From positions 270,501-334,500 of the forward strand of contig QZKH01000002.1 of NCBI GenBank assembly GCA_003598025.1: a stretch of 64,000 bases of DNA, read 5' to 3'. Positions within the stretch are counted from its first letter, which is position 1. Each line of letters opens with the position of its first letter. The notes under the pieces were generated by a model. That model did not search any database. It saw only the letters and a program-made list of their open reading frames with translations, and was not told the origin of the DNA. The position numbers and the translations under genes were made by a program. Shown in pieces: positions 1 to 9,034 of the stretch. Source of the stretch: Candidatus Omnitrophota bacterium (GTDB taxonomy: Bacteria; Omnitrophota; Gorgyraeia; Gygaellales; Profunditerraquicolaceae).

Positions 1-1
1 G

Positions 2-493
2 ACCCTGGCGATGTCAGATGCTTTGGCAGTCTGCCTGCTTGAAAGCAAAGGCTTTAAGAAGAGCGATTTTGCTTTCTTCCACCCCGGCGGAGCATTAGGC
101 AAAAGGCTGCTGCTTAAAGTAGAGGATATCATGCGTAAGGGCAGGGATAACCCGGTGGTAAAAGCAGAAGAAAGAGTGGATAAAGTCCTGGTTAAGATCA
201 CCCAGGTAAGAGCAGGTTCAGCCACTATCGTGGACACAAGCGGAAGGGTAAAAGGCATTTTTACTGACGGCGATTTAAGAAGGCACTTAGAGAAGGATAA
301 GAACCTCGCCAGCCGCAGGATAAAAGAAGTAATGACAAAGAACCCGACTGTAGTCGGCAAAGATATGCTGGCAGCCGAAGCTATGCGTATAATGCGCCAG
401 AAGAGAATAGATGAGATACCGGTTGTAAATAAAAAAGGTATTGCTATAGGCCTGTTGGATATCCAGGACCTTTTAAAATCCGGAGTTGTCTGA
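2..493 (+). CDS. kdsD: KpsF/GutQ family arabinose-5-phosphate isomerase, 5'-truncated (end of SIS domain plus CBS pair)
   Basis: Frame is open from the window edge (TLAMSDALA); FHPGGALG motif, GIFTDGDLRR CBS motif; directly upstream of kdsC and lpt genes. Confidence 0.92.
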   Translation, partial: TLAMSDALAVCLLESKGFKKSDFAFFHPGGALGKRLLLKVEDIMRKGRDNPVVKAEERVDKVLVKITQVRAGSATIVDTSGRVKGIFTDGDLRRHLEKDKNLASRRIKEVMTKNPTVVGKDMLAAEAMRIMRQKRIDEIPVVNKKGIAIGLLDIQDLLKSGVV

Positions 494-1020
494 TGCAGGG
501 AGACCTTATAGATAAAGCTAAAATGATCAAGGTCCTTTTGCTTGATGTCGACGGGGTTTTGACTGACGGAAGGATAATCTATGATTCCGCAGGCCGCGAT
601 ATGAAATTATTCGACGTGCATGACGGCCTGGGGGTAGCGTTATTGCATAAATCAGGGATACCCACGGTTTTGATTACCGCAAAAGGCTCCAGGGCGATTA
701 AGCCGCGGGCAAAGGATATGAAAGTCGCCAGGATATATGAAAATATCTCCCCCAAGACAGCCGTATTAGATAAGATTATTAAGAAATATAAAATAAAGCC
801 CGAAGAATTATGTTTTATCGGAGATGACCTGGTCGACCTCTGTTTATTAAAGCGGGTAGGCCTGGCCGTTTCAGTCGCCAATGCCTGCGCAGAAGTAAAG
901 AAGATAAGCCACTATACCACCGCTAAGGAAGGCGGCAGGGGCGCGGTGCGCGAAGTAGCTGAGATGATCCTTAAATCACAGGGAAAATGGCAAGAGGCGA
1001 TAAGGAAATATGAGGCTTAA
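493..1020 (+). CDS. kdsC: KDO-8-phosphate phosphatase (HAD-IIIA)
   Basis: LLDVDGVLTDG, FIGDDLVD and GGRGAVREVAE motifs. Confidence 0.95.
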   Translation: MQGDLIDKAKMIKVLLLDVDGVLTDGRIIYDSAGRDMKLFDVHDGLGVALLHKSGIPTVLITAKGSRAIKPRAKDMKVARIYENISPKTAVLDKIIKKYKIKPEELCFIGDDLVDLCLLKRVGLAVSVANACAEVKKISHYTTAKEGGRGAVREVAEMILKSQGKWQEAIRKYEA

Positions 1021-1900
1021 ATTCTTCTTCATCTGTTCTTTGTTTTTATTAAGTTTATGTTTTATCGCGCCTCTTTATGCCCAGACAAAGCAGGAAGGTG
1101 CCCAGGAGATAAGCGATTTTTCCCTTGCCGGTTACGGCGAAAAGGGAAAGAAGTCCTGGGATATCGCAGGAAAGTCAGCCAATATCCTTAACGATATCGT
1201 CAAGCTTGACGATATTACGGGCAACCTATACGGCGAAGATGATGTAAAGCTTACCGCAGATAAGGGGGATTTTGATAAGAGCCAGGCAAAGGTCCACCTG
1301 CAGGATAATGTCGTCATCACTACCGCATCAGGGGCAAAGCTGACCACTGATTCCCTTGACTGGGACAGGAAGAAACAGGAAGTCAAAACGAGTGATCCGG
1401 TCAATATCCAAAGGGATAACATTACCACTACCGGGGTAGGCGCCTTGGGTGAGCCGAGCTTAAAGAAAGTTACCCTTAATAAACAGGTAAAAGTTGATAT
1501 TGACGCAGAGCAAAATCCCAAAGCTGGCGCACCTCAAGAGAAAGTAGTGATAACCTGCGACGGCCCGCTTACGATAGATTATGAAAAGAACATCGCGGTT
1601 TTTAATAACAACGTAAAAGTAGTGCGTCAGGATTCAGTGATATACAGCGATACTATGGATGTTTATTTTATTGCCAATAGCGGCAACAAGGGAAAGATAA
1701 ATACAGCAGGCAATGCTGCATTGGGCAGTAAAATCGACAAAATAATTTCCCGCGGCAACGTAAAAGTAGTGCGCGGGGAGAATGTTTCTTACAGCGATGA
1801 GGCAGTTTATACGGCAGCCGATAAAAAGATCGTATTAAGCGGCCGCCCCAGGCTTGAAATATATTCATCGGAGGATTTAGATGCATCTTTTGGAAATTAA
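1010..1900 (+). CDS. LPS export periplasmic protein, LptC-like plus LptA-like beta-jellyroll fusion
   Basis: N-terminal hydrophobic signal/anchor; LptC-like region (KSWDIAG..LTTDSLDW) then LptA-like region (IAVFNNNVKV..GNVKV..IVLSGRPRL); lies between kdsC and lptB. Confidence 0.8.
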   Translation: MRLKFFFICSLFLLSLCFIAPLYAQTKQEGAQEISDFSLAGYGEKGKKSWDIAGKSANILNDIVKLDDITGNLYGEDDVKLTADKGDFDKSQAKVHLQDNVVITTASGAKLTTDSLDWDRKKQEVKTSDPVNIQRDNITTTGVGALGEPSLKKVTLNKQVKVDIDAEQNPKAGAPQEKVVITCDGPLTIDYEKNIAVFNNNVKVVRQDSVIYSDTMDVYFIANSGNKGKINTAGNAALGSKIDKIISRGNVKVVRGENVSYSDEAVYTAADKKIVLSGRPRLEIYSSEDLDASFGN

Positions 1901-2603
1901 AAACTTATCCAAATCTTATGACGGCAGGCAGGTGGTCAAAGGAGTGGATATCCTGGTAAAAAGAGGCGAGATAGTCGGGCTCCTGGGGCCAAACGGCGCG
2001 GGAAAGACCACGACTTTTTATATGGTAGTCGGAGTCATCCCGCCGGAAAAAGGAAAGATAGTCTTTGATAATCAGGATATAACCAACCTGCCTATCCATG
2101 AGCGCGCGCATTACGGCATAGCTTATCTATCGCAGGAGGCTTCAGTATTCAGGAAGCTTACCGTAGAGGAGAATATATCGTCAATACTTGAGACGCTTCC
2201 CATATCGCGCGCCGAAAGGAAGCGTAAGCTAGGGATACTGCTTGATGAATTGAATATCGCGCACCTTGCCAAGAACAAAGCATATACTTTATCAGGCGGG
2301 GAAAGAAGAAGGCTTGAGATAACGCGCGCGCTTGTCACCAACCCTTCTTTTATACTCCTTGATGAGCCATTTTCCGGCATAGACCCGATAGTAGTCAGCG
2401 AAGCGCAGGAGATAATAAAGGAGCTTAAGGAAAAAGGCTTAGGGATACTGCTTACCGACCACAATGTACGTGAGACCCTTTCTATCACAGACAGGGCTTA
2501 TTTAATAGCCGAAGGAAAAATATTAATATCCGGCTCAGCGCAGGAATTGATAGACAACCCTAAGGCAAGGGAAGTTTATCTGGGTGAGAAGTTCAGGATG
2601 TAG
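1881..2603 (+). CDS. lptB: LPS export ABC transporter ATP-binding protein
   Basis: GLLGPNGAGKTTTF, LSGGERRRLEI, LDEPFSGIDP, LLTDHNVRETL, VYLGEKF. Confidence 0.96.
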   Translation: MHLLEIKNLSKSYDGRQVVKGVDILVKRGEIVGLLGPNGAGKTTTFYMVVGVIPPEKGKIVFDNQDITNLPIHERAHYGIAYLSQEASVFRKLTVEENISSILETLPISRAERKRKLGILLDELNIAHLAKNKAYTLSGGERRRLEITRALVTNPSFILLDEPFSGIDPIVVSEAQEIIKELKEKGLGILLTDHNVRETLSITDRAYLIAEGKILISGSAQELIDNPKAREVYLGEKFRM

Positions 2604-2711
2604 TTATTTAGTTGATTCGTTGATTCGTTGAACCGTTGAATCGTTTAATCGAAGAAAACGAGATTAACTAATCAACGAGTAAACTAATCAACTATTCAAC
2701 GATTAAACGAT
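2603..2711. repeat. Inverted array of degenerate 8-mers (GTTGATTC x6, spacer, AACTAATC/AACGATTA x5-6)
   Basis: gttattta gttgattc gttgattc gttgaacc gttgaatc gtttaatc (2603-2650); aactaatc aacgagta aactaatc aactattc aacgatta aacgat (2666-2711). Confidence 0.9.
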
Positions 2712-2723
2712 AAAGGAGTTAAC

Positions 2724-3596
2724 GTGAAAACAGCAGTAAAGAAGCTTGATGCAACTAAAAGGGAAATGTCAATCGAGGTAACAGGCGAGGTCATAAAGAA
2801 TAAATTTGAAGACGTGATAAAGAAGATATCCAAAGAGGCAAAGGTCCCTGGATTCCGCCCGGGCCATGCGCCCCGGGATCTCATTGAGAAGAATTTCTCC
2901 GGCGCCATACGCGAACAGGTCCTAAAAGAGCTCGTCCCGGAATTATACAACCAGGCGATAGAAAAGGAAGCGTTGGATGTAATAGAGCTTCCGGATATCT
3001 CAGATATAAAACTTGATAATGTTACGCTTACTTTCAAGGCGACGGTTGAAACAGCCCCCGAAATAGCGCTTAAGAATTACAAGAAGTTGAAAGTCAGCTA
3101 TAAGAATGTAGAAGTAACGCCTGATGACGTTAAGCGCAGCATAGATTCGCTTAAGGAATCAAGGAAGCTGGATAATCTTGACGATAATTTTGCCCGCGGA
3201 TTAGGGTATCCTACGCTTGCAGATCTGGAGAAGACAATAGAAAAACAGCTCTTCCTGCAAAAGGAACACCAGCAGAGGCAGAAGATGGAAGAGGAGATAA
3301 TCGAACAGCTCAATTCCCAGGCGGATTTTAAGATACCTGCGACACTCATCGAACGCCAGATAAATGATATGCTCAGGCAGACAAAGATAGACCTGGCAAT
3401 GAAGGGGATACCTGCTGAAAGAGTGGATGAAAGAGAGAAGGAATTAAGGAAAGAGATGGAGCCGCAGGCAAAAAAACAGGTCAAGACTTACCTGATTCTA
3501 TCCGAGATCGCAAAGAAGGAAAAGATAGAACTTAACGACCACATGCCGCATAATGTAATGGAGTTTTTGTTAAGAGAAGCGGAATGGAAAGGTTAG
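2724..3596 (+). CDS. tig: Trigger factor, short form apparently lacking the FKBP PPIase domain
   Basis: GTG start after AAGGAG; ribosome-binding VPGFRPGHAP motif; C-terminal LILSEIAKKEKI; only 290 aa; upstream of clpP. Confidence 0.9.
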   Translation: MKTAVKKLDATKREMSIEVTGEVIKNKFEDVIKKISKEAKVPGFRPGHAPRDLIEKNFSGAIREQVLKELVPELYNQAIEKEALDVIELPDISDIKLDNVTLTFKATVETAPEIALKNYKKLKVSYKNVEVTPDDVKRSIDSLKESRKLDNLDDNFARGLGYPTLADLEKTIEKQLFLQKEHQQRQKMEEEIIEQLNSQADFKIPATLIERQINDMLRQTKIDLAMKGIPAERVDEREKELRKEMEPQAKKQVKTYLILSEIAKKEKIELNDHMPHNVMEFLLREAEWKG

Positions 3597-3610
3597 TTCG
3601 TAGCAATATG

Positions 3611-3785
3611 GGTCACAAAGTCACACGACACAAAGACACAAGGTCATAAGGTCACAAGAACGCCATACTCAATACGCACTACGCAATACGACCGAAGGGA
3701 GTCCTGAGCGACATGTGGTGAGCGAAGTCGAACCAAGTCGAAGGACGCAATACGTTCAGTAATCTGTGATCTGTGAACTGTGCAC
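3611..3785. repeat. Composite repeat cluster: GTCACAAG-type 8-mers, CGCAATA 7-mers, nested REP-like hairpins, CTGTGAA-type 7-mers
   Basis: 8-mer-type array 3611-3658; 7-mers 3661-3690; insert 3691-3744 flanked by ACGCAATACG (3681-3690, 3745-3754); tctgtga/tctgtga/actgtgc at 3763-3783. Confidence 0.85.
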
Positions 3786-3821
3786 AAATATTTTATTAAA
3801 TCTTTTAAAAGGGAGGATGTA

Positions 3822-4427
3822 ATGTCGACTAAAATGCAGACTTTGGTTCCGATGGTCATCGAACAGACATCGCGCGGTTACGAAAGGGCTTATGATATTT
3901 ATTCACGCCTTCTAAAGGACAGGATAATCTTTATCGGCACGCCTATCGATGATGTTGTCGCAAACCTGGTTATTGCCCAAATGCTTTTCCTGCAGATGGA
4001 AGACGTTAAGAAAGATATAAATATATATATAAATTCTCCCGGCGGTTCCGTTACATCGGGCCTGGCGATATATGATACGATGCAGTTTGTAAAATGCGAC
4101 GTGGCTACTTATTGCGTGGGGCAAGCTGCCAGCATGGGGGCTTTGTTATTATGCGCCGGCACCAAAGGCAAAAGGTTCGTATTGCCGAATTCGCGGGTGA
4201 TGATACACCAGCCGTGGGGAGGCATACAGGGAGTGGCTGCGGATATCTCTATTCATGCAAAAGAGATACTTAAGATGCGCGATAAGATAAACGAGATACT
4301 TGCCCATCATACAGGCAAGACCGTTGATAAATTGCAGAAGGATACTGACAGGGATTATTTTATGTCTGCGCAGGAAGCAAAAGATTACGGCCTCGTAGAC
4401 GAAGTAATAGCAGAAAAAAAGAAATAA
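3822..4427 (+). CDS. clpP: ATP-dependent Clp protease proteolytic subunit
   Basis: [28 protein letters not shown] catalytic Ser, MIHQP; start moved to ATG 3822 downstream of GGGAGG. Confidence 0.97.
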   Translation: MSTKMQTLVPMVIEQTSRGYERAYDIYSRLLKDRIIFIGTPIDDVVANLVIAQMLFLQMEDVKKDINIYINSPGGSVTSGLAIYDTMQFVKCDVATYCVGQAASMGALLLCAGTKGKRFVLPNSRVMIHQPWGGIQGVAADISIHAKEILKMRDKINEILAHHTGKTVDKLQKDTDRDYFMSAQEAKDYGLVDEVIAEKKK

Positions 4428-4458
4428 CAGGCAATAATATAATTCTTCGGAGGAAAAG

Positions 4459-5595
4459 ATGAAGAAAAAATACCTACTTACCCCAGGGCCTACTCCGGTT
4501 CCTCCTCAGGTAGCTGAGGTCATGAGCCGGCCGATAATCCATCACCGCACCCCGCAGTTCCAGGCTGTGCTTAAGGAAGCGGTTGAGGGGCTAAAGTATA
4601 TTTATCAGACTAAAAACGATTGTTTCATACTTACATCTTCGGGTACGGGGGCGATGGAGGCGGCAGTCGTGAACCTGCTTAGCCCCGGTGATTACGCCCT
4701 GGTGGTCGAGGGCGGGAAATTCGGCGAGAGATGGACGGAATTGTGCAAGAAATATTCGGTCAATGCCGAGGTTATTACCGTAGAATGGGGTAAGGCAGTC
4801 AGCCCAGAGGAGATAAAGAAACGCCTTCAGGCTAATCCTAAAATCAAAGTGGTGTTTACTACTTTATGCGAAACTTCAACCGGCGTTGATAACGATATAA
4901 AGGCAATCGGGGATGTGGTGGGCGCAACAAATGCTGCTTTGGTTGTTGATGCTATAAGCGGTTTAGGCGCCATCAATATTAAAACCGATGAATGGAAGTG
5001 CGATATCGTAGTATCAGGCTCACAGAAGGGCCTTATGCTCCCGCCGGGGTTAAGTTTTATATCCGTTAGCAGTAAGGCGTGGAATTTGATTAAGGATTCG
5101 AAATTACCGAAATATTATTTTGACCTTACCGCGGCAAAGAAGGCATGGGATAAGACAGACACGCCTTTTACGCCTGCGCTTACCCTTGTGATTGCTTTAG
5201 CCGAGGCATTAAAGATAATGAAAGAAGACGGCCTTGAAAATATATTTGCCAGGCATATCAGAATGGCAGATGCGACAAGGGCCGCCGTAAAGGCAATAGG
5301 GCTGGAATTATTTGCGCCTACTGCCGCATCTAACGCCGTTACCGCTGTCAAGGTCCCTGCGGGTATCGACGGAGAAAAACTGGTAAAGGCCATGCGCGAT
5401 ACCTACGGCATAACTATTGCCGGAGGCCAGGCTGAGCTTAAAGGCAAGGTCATCAGGATCGCGCATATGGGTTTCATAGAAGAGTTTGATATTATTGTAG
5501 GTATAAGCTGCCTTGAAAAGGTCCTCACCCAGATGGGTTATAAGTTTAACATAGGCGAAGGAGTTAAGGCCGCGCAGCAGGTTTTTCTGAAGTGA
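4459..5595 (+). CDS. Class V PLP aminotransferase (alanine-glyoxylate/serine-pyruvate family; probable phosphoserine aminotransferase role beside serA)
   Basis: LTPGPTPVP, SGTGAMEAA, VDAIS, SGSQKGLMLPPGL (PLP Lys), RIAHMG. Confidence 0.9.
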   Translation: MKKKYLLTPGPTPVPPQVAEVMSRPIIHHRTPQFQAVLKEAVEGLKYIYQTKNDCFILTSSGTGAMEAAVVNLLSPGDYALVVEGGKFGERWTELCKKYSVNAEVITVEWGKAVSPEEIKKRLQANPKIKVVFTTLCETSTGVDNDIKAIGDVVGATNAALVVDAISGLGAINIKTDEWKCDIVVSGSQKGLMLPPGLSFISVSSKAWNLIKDSKLPKYYFDLTAAKKAWDKTDTPFTPALTLVIALAEALKIMKEDGLENIFARHIRMADATRAAVKAIGLELFAPTAASNAVTAVKVPAGIDGEKLVKAMRDTYGITIAGGQAELKGKVIRIAHMGFIEEFDIIVGISCLEKVLTQMGYKFNIGEGVKAAQQVFLK

Positions 5596-5701
5596 CGTTT
5601 ATCATTTAATCAATGCTGATTAAGGCGCAGTTTTAACTTGCGCCTGCGGCGGATCATAATGATGTTCTTAATTAGCGATCATTCGCGTTAATAAAAGGAG
5701 C

Positions 5702-7294
5702 ATGGATATGGTTAAAATACTGGTTTGCGACTCGATGTCAGAAGAGGGGCTCAGTGTAATCAAAGATGTCAAAGGCTTTCAGGTAGATATAAAAACAGGC
5801 TTAAAGCCCGAGGAGCTTAAGGCTATCATAGGCGAATATGATGCGGTTATCGTGCGCAGCGCGACCAAGCTGACTAAGGACATCATTGAAAAGGCATCAA
5901 GGCTTAAAGTTATCGGCCGTGCAGGCGTGGGGTTAGATAACGTGGATTTAGATAGCGCGACCGCAAAAGGCGTTATTGTCATGAATACGCCTGCGGGAAA
6001 CACTATATCTACAGCAGAACATACCTTCAGTATGATACTGTCTTTATCAAGGAATATACCACAGGCGAATGTATCCACAAAGAATGGAGAATGGAAACGT
6101 TCCAAATTTATGGGCGTCGAGCTCTACAATAAAGTCTTAGGGATAGTCGGTTTCGGCAGAATAGGAAAAGAGGTAGCAAAGCGGGCGCTTTCTTTCGGGA
6201 TGAAAATACTTGCATATGACCCGTTTTTATCAAAAGAGGTTGCCGAGAGCTTAGGTATTGAAGTAGCTGAATTAAACAAGGTTTTGTCCGAGAGCGATTA
6301 CATAACTGTGCATACCCCTCTTACCGAGGAGACCAGGCACATGATATCAACTAAAGAATTCAATATGATGAAGAAGGGCGTACGCCTGGTAAATTGCGCC
6401 CGCGGCGGGATCATTGATGAGGCGGCTTTGGCTTTAGCAGTCAAAGAAGGAAAAGTAGCAGGCGCAGCTTTGGATGTGTTCGAGAAGGAGCCGGTTAATA
6501 CCGATAACGAATTATTAAAGCTTGATAATGTTATCATTACCCCCCATCTGGGCGCCTCAACAGAAGAGGCGCAGGTAAATGTAGCCATAGAGATTTCAGA
6601 GTGCATAAGGGATTATCTTTTGAATAAAGGCATAAGGAACGCGGCTAACTATCCGTGCCTTGAGGCGGAGGTATGTAAGACTATAGAGCCGTATATCAAC
6701 CTTGCGGATAAATTGGGTTCTTTTGCCAGCCAGCTTTCCGACGGAAGGTTCCAGGAGGTAAATGTCATTTACAGCGGGGATATCACCGCTAATAACCTTG
6801 CCCCTTTGACCATGGCGCTGACCAAAGGCCTGCTTAGCCCGATATTAAAAGAGACGGTCAATTTTATTAATGCCATTGCTATCGCTAAAGAAAGAGGCAT
6901 TAATATCAAGGAATCCAGATCAAGCAAAGAAGAAGAGTTTGTCAACCTCATCAAAGTTGAAATAAAGACCGATAAGGATACAAGGCAGGTTTGCGGCACA
7001 CTTTCTTCCAATAAACAGCCCAGGATAGTCAAGATAGACGAATATTATGTTGAGGCAACCCCTCAGGGAGACATGCTTATGATAAGGAACCTTGACCGTC
7101 CCGGCATTATCGGAAGCCTCGGTACTTTATTAGGCAAGCATAATATAAATATCGCGGCGATGAGTTTCGGCAGGAAGACGCAGGGCGGGGAAGCTATCAG
7201 TGTTTTAAACGTGGATAGCCCTATATCAGGCGAGCTTCTTGAAAGCATCAGAAAACTGGAGAATATATTATCTGCCAAGGTGGTGAAAATATGA
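5702..7294 (+). CDS. serA: D-3-phosphoglycerate dehydrogenase (long form with ASB and ACT domains)
   Basis: GRAGVGLDNVD, GFGRIG, NCARGG, TPHLGASTEEAQ, C-terminal DRPGIIG ACT motif. Confidence 0.96.
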   Translation: MDMVKILVCDSMSEEGLSVIKDVKGFQVDIKTGLKPEELKAIIGEYDAVIVRSATKLTKDIIEKASRLKVIGRAGVGLDNVDLDSATAKGVIVMNTPAGNTISTAEHTFSMILSLSRNIPQANVSTKNGEWKRSKFMGVELYNKVLGIVGFGRIGKEVAKRALSFGMKILAYDPFLSKEVAESLGIEVAELNKVLSESDYITVHTPLTEETRHMISTKEFNMMKKGVRLVNCARGGIIDEAALALAVKEGKVAGAALDVFEKEPVNTDNELLKLDNVIITPHLGASTEEAQVNVAIEISECIRDYLLNKGIRNAANYPCLEAEVCKTIEPYINLADKLGSFASQLSDGRFQEVNVIYSGDITANNLAPLTMALTKGLLSPILKETVNFINAIAIAKERGINIKESRSSKEEEFVNLIKVEIKTDKDTRQVCGTLSSNKQPRIVKIDEYYVEATPQGDMLMIRNLDRPGIIGSLGTLLGKHNINIAAMSFGRKTQGGEAISVLNVDSPISGELLESIRKLENILSAKVVKI

Positions 7295-9033
7295 AGAGAT
7301 TAAGCCTGTTATCGGTGCTTTTAAGAAAAAGCTTATTTTTGTTGTTAGTTATCCTTCTGCAGCATGCTGCCAGCGCTGAAGAGGTAGTCCTGCTTTATAC
7401 CGGGCAGACCCATGCCATGATCTATACCTGCAGCTGCCCGTTAGAAAAAGACGGCGGAATTAGCAGGCGCGCAACGCTGGTAAAGGAGATGAGGCAAAAA
7501 TACCCGGACCTATTGCTATTGGATGCAGGCGCATTTACTGCCGGCGGGCCATTAGATGAATTTACGCAGAACAGCCAGCTTGATATGCAGCGCTCAAAAA
7601 TAAATTTCAAGGCGATGGAGATGATGCGTTATGATGCCGTAAATATCGGCAATGACGAATTCAATTTCGGAAGGGATTTTCTGGAGAAGGAAGCTGTAAA
7701 TTCCGGTATTAAGTTCCTTTCCTGCAATATAAATAAATCAAAGAGCATATTGCCTTATATGATAAAAAAAGTAAAAGGCACAAGGATCGGGATAATCGGC
7801 CTTACAGACCTCGGGGCGATGCCGAAGGCCCAGGGTTTAGAATTCGTTGAGCCGGTAGCAGCGCTTAAGAATACGATTACCAAAGTAAGAAAAGAAGCCG
7901 ATATAATCATTGTATTAAGCCACCTTGGTGAATCCGGAGATTTAAGCCTGATTAATAATGTGCCGGGGATAGATGTGCTTATATCCGGCGGGTTGCAGAC
8001 AGGCAAGGAGCCGTTTGTCAAAGTGAATTCAACGCTTATGCTTCGGCCGTCATGGCAGGCGAGGAAGCTGAATAAGGCAGTGCTTGATATAGGTAACAAG
8101 AAAATAACAAAATTCAGCGTTGATGATACCAGGCTCTCTGACAAGATAAAAGATGATGCGGAAATATTAAAGATCATGCCTGATTGTTTTTCCGGAGCCA
8201 ACTGCAAGAAAGAGGGTTTTATCGGCCAGTGTATTGAGCCGGGCACAATGAATTCCAAATGTAAATTTGAAAAAGCGCAGCAGGTCAACATCACTGTAAT
8301 CAAGCCCAAAGACTGTGTTACCTGCAATACGGAGGGCGTGCTCGGGTTCTTTAAAAAGGTATTTTCTAACCTTAAAATTATTAACATTGAATATCCCGGC
8401 AAACAGGCAGAGGAGATAATCGCTTCAGTCAAGCCTGAGAGCCTGCCGCTTTATCTTTTTGATGAGAGTATTGTCAAAGATGAGGCATATGTTAAGCTAA
8501 AGAACAGCATAATGCAGAATGGCAAGTATTATGTAGTAGACCCGAAGTTCAGCGGTTTCTCATATTTCCTGGGCAGGAATAAAGCTGCAGGGCAACGGGA
8601 CCTGTTTATCAATTTGTTTGAGAAAGATGCGGCAAGCGTACTTGAGGCGGTAAAAGAGTTTAATCCTGCAGTGCATTTTTTTGCCAGCGAGAATGAAAAA
8701 GCCGCAGGCGGAAGCAATGCTTATCAGGAAGAGGAATACATGCGCGCTGTTTGCATAGAGAAATATTACCCGCAGGATTTCTGGGATTATATAACCTGCA
8801 GAAGCAAAAATATTTACAGCAGCTGGTGGCAGGATTGTTTGGGCAAGCTTGATCCCAATAAGATCTCTGCTTGTGCCAGGTCAGCTGAAGGCAAAGAGCT
8901 GTTGGATAAGAATTCCGGCTTGACAAAAGAGCTTAAGATTAATTTTGGCCCGACCTTTCTTATGAATAACCAGGAGATCTTCGGGATAAAAGGCGCGCCG
9001 AATAAGGAAGAGTTGAAGAGTATAATAAAGTAA
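7291..9033 (+). CDS. Secreted 5'-nucleotidase-like (calcineurin-fold) protein with Cys-rich and thioredoxin-like C-terminal regions
   Basis: Signal peptide; CSC..GGISRRAT, LLLDAG, YDAVNIGNDEF, VLSHLG; later CVTC and a C-terminal GPTFLMNN thioredoxin-like end. Confidence 0.65.
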   Translation: MKRLSLLSVLLRKSLFLLLVILLQHAASAEEVVLLYTGQTHAMIYTCSCPLEKDGGISRRATLVKEMRQKYPDLLLLDAGAFTAGGPLDEFTQNSQLDMQRSKINFKAMEMMRYDAVNIGNDEFNFGRDFLEKEAVNSGIKFLSCNINKSKSILPYMIKKVKGTRIGIIGLTDLGAMPKAQGLEFVEPVAALKNTITKVRKEADIIIVLSHLGESGDLSLINNVPGIDVLISGGLQTGKEPFVKVNSTLMLRPSWQARKLNKAVLDIGNKKITKFSVDDTRLSDKIKDDAEILKIMPDCFSGANCKKEGFIGQCIEPGTMNSKCKFEKAQQVNITVIKPKDCVTCNTEGVLGFFKKVFSNLKIINIEYPGKQAEEIIASVKPESLPLYLFDESIVKDEAYVKLKNSIMQNGKYYVVDPKFSGFSYFLGRNKAAGQRDLFINLFEKDAASVLEAVKEFNPAVHFFASENEKAAGGSNAYQEEEYMRAVCIEKYYPQDFWDYITCRSKNIYSSWWQDCLGKLDPNKISACARSAEGKELLDKNSGLTKELKINFGPTFLMNNQEIFGIKGAPNKEELKSIIK

Positions 9034-9034
9034 C

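Noticed and set aside
2603-2711. Intergenic arrays considered as CRISPR
   Set aside because: Units are 7-10 nt, contiguous, lack unique spacers, and no cas genes are present
3780-3821. GTG-initiated N-terminal extension of ClpP
   Set aside because: It starts inside the repeat array; the RBS GGGAGG supports ATG 3822
3644-3859. 71-aa minus-strand ORF over the tig-clpP gap
   Set aside because: It is a translation of the repeat elements and overlaps the clpP start
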